From Octopus sinensis (Eukaryota), in assembly GCF_006345805.1 (NCBI RefSeq), contig NW_021826499.1:1-12729 (forward strand): a DNA stretch of 12,729 nt, written 5' to 3'. The position numbers and the translations under genes are program-made. How positions within the stretch are numbered: the stretch's first letter is position 1; each line of letters starts with the position of its first letter. A model generated the notes under the pieces. That model searched no databases. It was not told the DNA's origin and worked only from the letters and a program-made list of their open reading frames with translations. This document shows positions 7,986 through 12,729 of the stretch, in pieces.

Positions 7986-9025
7986 ATTGCCACCTCACTC
8001 TCCCGCAAACATCTAGATTCCTTCCTCTCTTTCGTCCAATCTTTCCATCCAGCCCTCCACTTCACTTCCACTATCTCCAACACCTCTGTCTCCTTCCTCG
8101 ACATTTCGGTTAGCATTCTTCACTCCACTCTTACCACCTCCATTCACTACAAACACACAGACTCACACTCATACCTCAACTTCTCTTCCTCCCACCCAGA
8201 ACACACAAAGCTTTCCATCCCCTATTCCCAATTCCTCCGTCTACGTAGGCTCTGTAGTGACGACCATGACTTTGAGACTCAGTCTCAACGTATGGCTCAC
8301 CACTTCACCCTACGTGGATACCCCCTCACCACTATCCACACCGCCCTTGCCAGAGCACGGTCCGTGGACCGTGTATCTGCTCTCTCTCCCCGAACCCGCC
8401 TGTAGTCTCCCGCCTCCCTTTTCCCCTCACTTACCACCCCACGACCCTACGTCTCCAACGCACCATTCTTCGAGCTTTCCGTCATCTCCAGTCCGACCCG
8501 TCCACTTCACACCTCTTCCCTAACCGACCCCTCCCCTCTTTCAAAGACGAGCCCACAACCTTCGAGACCTTTTGTCCATAGCTCCTTCCCTGACCCTACC
8601 TCCCAACCCGGCTCGTTCCCCTGCTCCCGCCCACGTTGCCGCACTTGCCCTTACCTCTCCAACACCACCCGCCTCACTAGCACCCACCATCGACCCTATC
8701 CCATCATCCACTCCTTCACCTGCACCTCCAGCAATATTATCTATTGCATCTCTTGCTCTCTCTGCAATTCCTTGTACATCGGACAAACGGGACGCCGCTT
8801 GGCTGACCGGTTCGCGGAACACCTTCGTGGCATCCACCTTGCGAACGACACACCGGTCTCACGCCATTTCCGCTCCACCGGTCACTCCTTGCAACACCTA
8901 TCTGTGTTCGGTTTGTCCTTACACAGAGGCCATCCGGATTCCCGTTTGCGCCGTGAACAGGAATTAATCTTCTCTCTTCGCTCTTATACGCCATTTGGTC
9001 TCAACTCTCCCCCCTCCTCATCTAA
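7986..9025 (+). pseudogene. PLE reverse transcriptase thumb + Cys-rich linker + GIY-YIG endonuclease, frameshifted
   Basis: Frame +3 FHPALHFT..SFLDISV..YKHTDSHSYLNFSSSHPEHTKLSIPYSQFLRLRRLCS..RGYP; shift at ~8400 to +2 (TYHP..LQSDP); ~8545 to +1 (RAHNLRDL); ~8573 to +3 (PCSRPRCRTC..FTCTSSNIIYCISCSLCNSLYIGQTGRRLADRFAEH..REQELI..GLN). Begins just after the YxDD motif, which is absent. Confidence 0.92.
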
Positions 9026-9339
9026 CCCCCCTCTCCCCCCTCCTCACCTATCCTTTCTCCCCCGACCCCTACTTCTTCAGTCCTTCATCCTTTCACCCCT
9101 ACTCCCCTTCCCTTCTTCCCTCTTTCTCCCTCCCTCTTCCCTTCCTCTCGCTCCCTCACTCCCCCTCTCCCTCTTTCCTCCTTCATCCCCCTCCTCCCTT
9201 CCTTCTCCCCCATCTCTCCTCTTCCCCCCTTCTCCTCCCTCTTCTTCCCCTCCCCTTCTCTCCCCCCTCTTCTCCCCCTCCCCCTCTTCTCCTCACTACA
9301 CCACATGACTTTACACATCACATCACATATGATGTGCCA

Positions 9340-9680
9340 TACTAATACACACACCAACTAATACATACTAATACGTACTAATACATACTAGTACATACTA
9401 ATACTTACACCAACCCTATACATACACACGTCCAGACCCCGCATACGCACTTATACTCTCTCTCACACACACACACATACCTATACATACCAATACGTAC
9501 TAATACATACTAATACATACTAATACATACACCAACCCCATACATACGCACGTCCAGACCAATCTTACGCACTAATACTCTCTCATACACACACACCACA
9601 CACACACACACACACACCCTTTACATACTAATACATACACCAACCCTATACATACACACATCCAGACCCCTCCCACGCAC
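9340..9680 (+). repeat. Three-copy 108-122 bp tandem repeat with nested 10-bp TACTAATACA units in the PLE 3' UTR
   Basis: ACACCAACCC(T/C)ATACATAC(A/G)CAC(G/A)TCCAGACC starts at 9407, 9529 and 9637. Confidence 0.85.
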
Positions 9681-9852
9681 TTTTAGCTGGTCCCTCAACC
9701 CTTTATCAACCCTATTATCTCCCCTTATTTCGCTCTCGCGTCTCATGTTTGATCTTTGACCTCTGGCCGAAATCAGATCGCCATGTTGATTCGTTAGCTA
9801 CTGCACGCATTTTTTTTCTCTCCTTCTTTCTGTGTTTTTCTCTCTCTGTGTA

Positions 9853-9890
9853 TCTTTCTGTTGAAGAGCGTAGGCTCGAAACGTTAAAGA
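9853..9890 (+). ncRNA. Minimal type I hammerhead ribozyme, A6U core variant
   Basis: UCUUU-CUGUUGA-A-GAGC-GUAG-GCUC-GAAAC-GUU-AAAGA. Stem I 5 bp, stem II 4 bp, palindromic AACGUU stem III. Predicted cut after 9885. Located in the pLTR of a bona fide PLE. Confidence 0.8.
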
Positions 9891-9988
9891 CTTGTTTTAT
9901 TTATATTTCCTGAGCGCCATACTAATACAATTGTTCGTTTGTTTTCCACCTGCCTTCGTCTTTTGTTTATTTTCATAAAGCTTCCCGT

Positions 9989-10123
<135 letters not shown>

Positions 10124-10726
10124 GCAAGGACATACCACACCATGCATGATGCGTGCTGTCCAGCACATTCGGCTCTTGTTGCCTTGTCTCCATATCTTTG
10201 AAGAAATTACCATTTAGATTCTCTATCTGTTGTTCAATAATAACAGATGGCAGTAAGCTCTGAATGCCGCAGTGTTCTACTGACAAACGCGTTTAATCCA
10301 TACCACTGAAGGTGACACATTCGCTTATCGTCTGTCATCGATTAACGGGAAAGCTAGGATATCAATTTATCGATATTTGTCCTTGCCACCACAGAAGCCC
10401 TGCTTCCGATTCTTGGATTATTTTATCAGTAAGGCTACCATACGCCCCCCAGCCCACACGCTGCTAACTGTTGAGCTCGTCCGCCACTTGACCTGGTTTT
10501 TTTTTTTTTGGTTCTGCCAACTTCTCCAGCAAGCTTAATGCTGTTCGCCAGTTTAGTCCACAACGAACTGGGTCATGTGACAAGGTAACGCAGGGTTACA
10601 TGTTACCAGTAGCAATACAGGTGTCCTGTGATAGCCACATGCAGTTTCTACGGTGTATGTGTTATACATATATACCACAGTATGTATGTATGCGCCACGT
10701 AATGTGTTTCATGTATATATATATAT

Positions 10727-11024
10727 GTGGAGGCGCACTGGCCCAGTGGTTAGGGCAGCAGACTCGCGGTCGTAGGATCACGGTTTCGATTCCCAGACCG
10801 GGTGTTGTGAGTGTTTATTGAGCGAAAACAGGCTCCGGCAGGGGGTGGTGGCGATCCCTGTTGTACTCTTTCGCCACAACTTTCTCTCACTCTTTCTTCT
10901 GTTGGCCTGCTCGCTTAGCCAGCGGGGTGGCGTCATTTGAAGGCTAAAACAATGCGAAGCGCATTGTGACCAGTGATGTGTAGCAACATCTGATAGCCTG
11001 GTCGGTCACGGTGATCATGGTGAT
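10727..11024 (+). mobile_element. tRNA-derived SINE with the family C head and body but a different 3' tail
   Basis: 10727-~10882 aligns with 3753-3923; the downstream sequence is unrelated to 3924-4131. Confidence 0.85.
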
Positions 11025-11026
11025 GT

Positions 11027-11063
<37 letters not shown>

Positions 11064-11065
<2 letters not shown>

Positions 11066-11285
11066 TTCTTTATTCTTTTATTCTTTTACTTGTTTCAAAC
11101 GTTGTCTGGCTGCGGTCATGCTGGAGCACCGCCTTTAGTCGTGTAAATCGAACCCAGGACTTATTCTTCGTAAGCCTAGTACTTATTCTATCGGTCTCTT
11201 TTGCCGAATCGCTATGTTATGGGGACGTAAACACACCACCATCAGGTGTCAAGCAATGTTGTGGGGACAAACACAGACACACAAA
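11064..11285 (-). mobile_element. SINE family A, 3' half
   Basis: Reverse complement of about 375-594, with a (AAAAGAAT)-like tail at 11066-11090. Confidence 0.85.
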
Positions 11286-11335
11286 CATATATATATACAT
11301 ATATTCGACATATATATATATTCATATATTCGACG

Positions 11336-11382
<47 letters not shown>

Positions 11383-11543
11383 ATAAAGGAAGAATTTTTG
11401 GGCCGGCACCCTCAGTTACAATCTGACAATTCGTAAAGATAAAATTTTTGTTTTATGGTATTATTGCGCCTAGCTGTATACATACATACATATATTTATT
11501 TATATATATATATACATACACACATATATAAATATATATATAT

Positions 11544-11604
<61 letters not shown>

Positions 11605-11640
11605 CATATATTTCTAAATGTATGTATATACACACTCACA
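11286..11640. repeat. (TA)n/(CA)n microsatellite cluster with a short non-repetitive insert at 11381-11475
   Basis: Read directly from the sequence. Confidence 0.85.
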
Positions 11641-11642
11641 TA

Positions 11643-12284
11643 CAGCAGTACATATGAACTACATTGTATATTAATTGCAGATGGGGACACCATATTTCGT
11701 ATTGCAACCCATAATATTGTACCAAGTATATGAAATGTTTATAAGTCAGTGCTGTGTCCTACTATTGGTGTTAGCGGTGCATCGTTTTCACTTTCTGTAG
11801 AATTTAAACCCACCACTGAAAGTTACAACATTTTCTATACAAATTCGTCTATCTAAACAATGCAACCGAAGATAGAAAAATAGATAAATTGGTGTATATG
11901 CATATTTCAAGAGTTATTGCGCTTTCATCAGTACCACATCAACTTTTCACGCGCGCATTGCTTAGGTACCCACCAAGTTTATCAGTCTAACACTACTAGT
12001 GTACCACATCCATCCCATTGACCATCCAAGAAAACAATGCTTAACTAGCCACTATGTTTAGCGATAGATACATTTACATATTAAACACCTTCCGGTCAAG
12101 AGGTACGTACATATTAATTGCTGGTAGGGAGTGCGTATTTTACCTATGTGCTTATTTTTCAATCTGCGATCGCGTTGTTTACATAGATGTGATCGTAAAT
12201 GAAGCATCCTAACATACAGTGCGGGCTCTCAATTCTCTAGAAAATCTTAAACTCAATACACACTATAGTTCAAATGTACTGCTG
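11643..12284. mobile_element. Non-autonomous Tc1/mariner-type TIR element (MITE), TA TSD
   Basis: TA|CAGCAGTACATATGAACTACATTGTATATT ... reverse complement CAGCAGTACATTTGAACTATAGTGTGTATT|TA. The TIRs match at 26/30. No ORF. Confidence 0.75.
11890..11936 (-). ncRNA. Type I hammerhead ribozyme motif, canonical core, inside the MITE
   Basis: UGGUA-CUGAUGA-AAGCG-CAAUAA-CUCUU-GAAA-UAUGCAUAU-A-CACCA. Perfect 10-nt palindrome AUAUGCAUAU as stem III, AUA triplet, one mismatch each in stems I and II. Confidence 0.72.
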
Positions 12285-12286
12285 TA

Positions 12287-12529
12287 CGTGTGTGTGTGTG
12301 CGTGGTTGTGTGTGTGTGTATGTGTGTGTATGTGTGTGTATGTGTGTGTGTGAATGTGTGTGTGTGTATATACATTTATAAATATGTACCACTTCATGTA
12401 TAACACATTCTGTATTAACCTCAAACATTTATATACTTAACCCACAATACGTATGCCTCTCTTTCTTTCTTTCTTTCTCTCTTATACTCTGTGCGCATAT
12501 ATATATATGTGTGTGTGTGTATATATATG

Positions 12530-12566
<37 letters not shown>
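12287..12566. repeat. (TG)n/(TA)n microsatellite cluster
   Basis: Read directly from the sequence. Confidence 0.85.
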
Positions 12567-12729
12567 GTAGGTGCCGGGTTGAGTCGGGGTTAACCACAGT
12601 AAATAAGGTACTCAATACATAGCAGAGTAAATTAATTTATTTTATAGAAGGAGCTTCTACAGGACTAGAACTGTTTCATTCAAAAGAAATCATCAGGAAG
12701 CTAGGTGAGAAGAATAGTTTTGGCATTTA
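12567..12729 (-). mobile_element. 3' end of a probable Penelope-like element entering from the right window edge, ending at (TA)n
   Basis: Contains a canonical hammerhead, then about 90 nt to the (TA)n tract. Same layout as 7373-7980 and 7986-9988. Confidence 0.6.
12652..12702 (-). ncRNA. Type I hammerhead ribozyme, canonical core
   Basis: AGCUUC-CUGAUGA-U-UUC-UUUU-GAA-U-GAA-ACAG-UUCUAGUC-CUGU-A-GAAGCU. Stem I 6 bp, stem II 3 bp behind U.U, stem III ACAG:CUGU with a central CUAG palindrome. Predicted cut after GUA, between 12658 and 12657. Confidence 0.88.

Larger units (their letters stand above)
7986..9988 (+). mobile_element. 5'-truncated Penelope-like retroelement (Neptune-like RT-linker-GIY-YIG) with 3' UTR/pLTR and hammerhead
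   Basis: Coding remnant at 7986-~9025, C/T-rich UTR, tandem repeats, hammerhead at 9853-9890, and an end at (TA)n 9989. Confidence 0.9.

Noticed and set aside
8257-9357. ORF-track entries 8257-8523, 8541-8837, 8572-8967, 8737-8994, 8995-9345 and 9085-9357
   Set aside because: Off-frame or antisense shadows of the PLE pseudogene and its C/T-rich UTR. Only the first ~80 aa of 8772-9308 is the real endonuclease frame.
10137-10286. Open minus-strand stretch (SVEHCGIQ...HHAWC) ending at a GTATGT donor-like site
   Set aside because: No convincing acceptor or recognisable product; the ORF length is inflated by the (TATC)n tract.
10431-10481. DELNS*QRVGWGAYGSL on the minus strand, resembling an RTE-type LINE RT segment
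   Set aside because: Only about 17 aa, includes a stop, and the flanks do not extend the match.

Overview
AT-rich eukaryotic repeat DNA with no supportable host gene. The tRNA-derived SINE families look like those of Octopus; this is recognition from memory, not a database result. Almost the whole window is mobile elements and microsatellites. (1) Penelope-like retroelements (PLEs): a 5'-truncated, frameshifted RT-thumb + GIY-YIG copy (7986-9988, +), a decayed GIY-YIG C-terminus of a second clade (6146-6686, -), a decayed RT palm fragment (875-1063) and several isolated PLE-like 3' ends. (2) Three tRNA-SINE families, including a 174-bp tandem array. (3) Two kinds of TIR element: a 413-bp GG-ended element with an 8-bp TSD and internal (CCCTAA)4, and a 642-bp TA-flanked Tc1/mariner-type element. 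The main signal, invisible in the ORF track, is six sequence-distinct hammerhead ribozyme motifs. Three have a fully canonical core (7490-7567, 11890-11936, 12652-12702), one has an A6U core (9853-9890), and two are degenerate or variant (105-144, 4646-4725). Most have a palindromic stem III suited to dimeric cleavage. Three lie 90-120 nt upstream of an element end that abuts a (TA)n tract, and one lies inside the DNA-transposon-like MITE.
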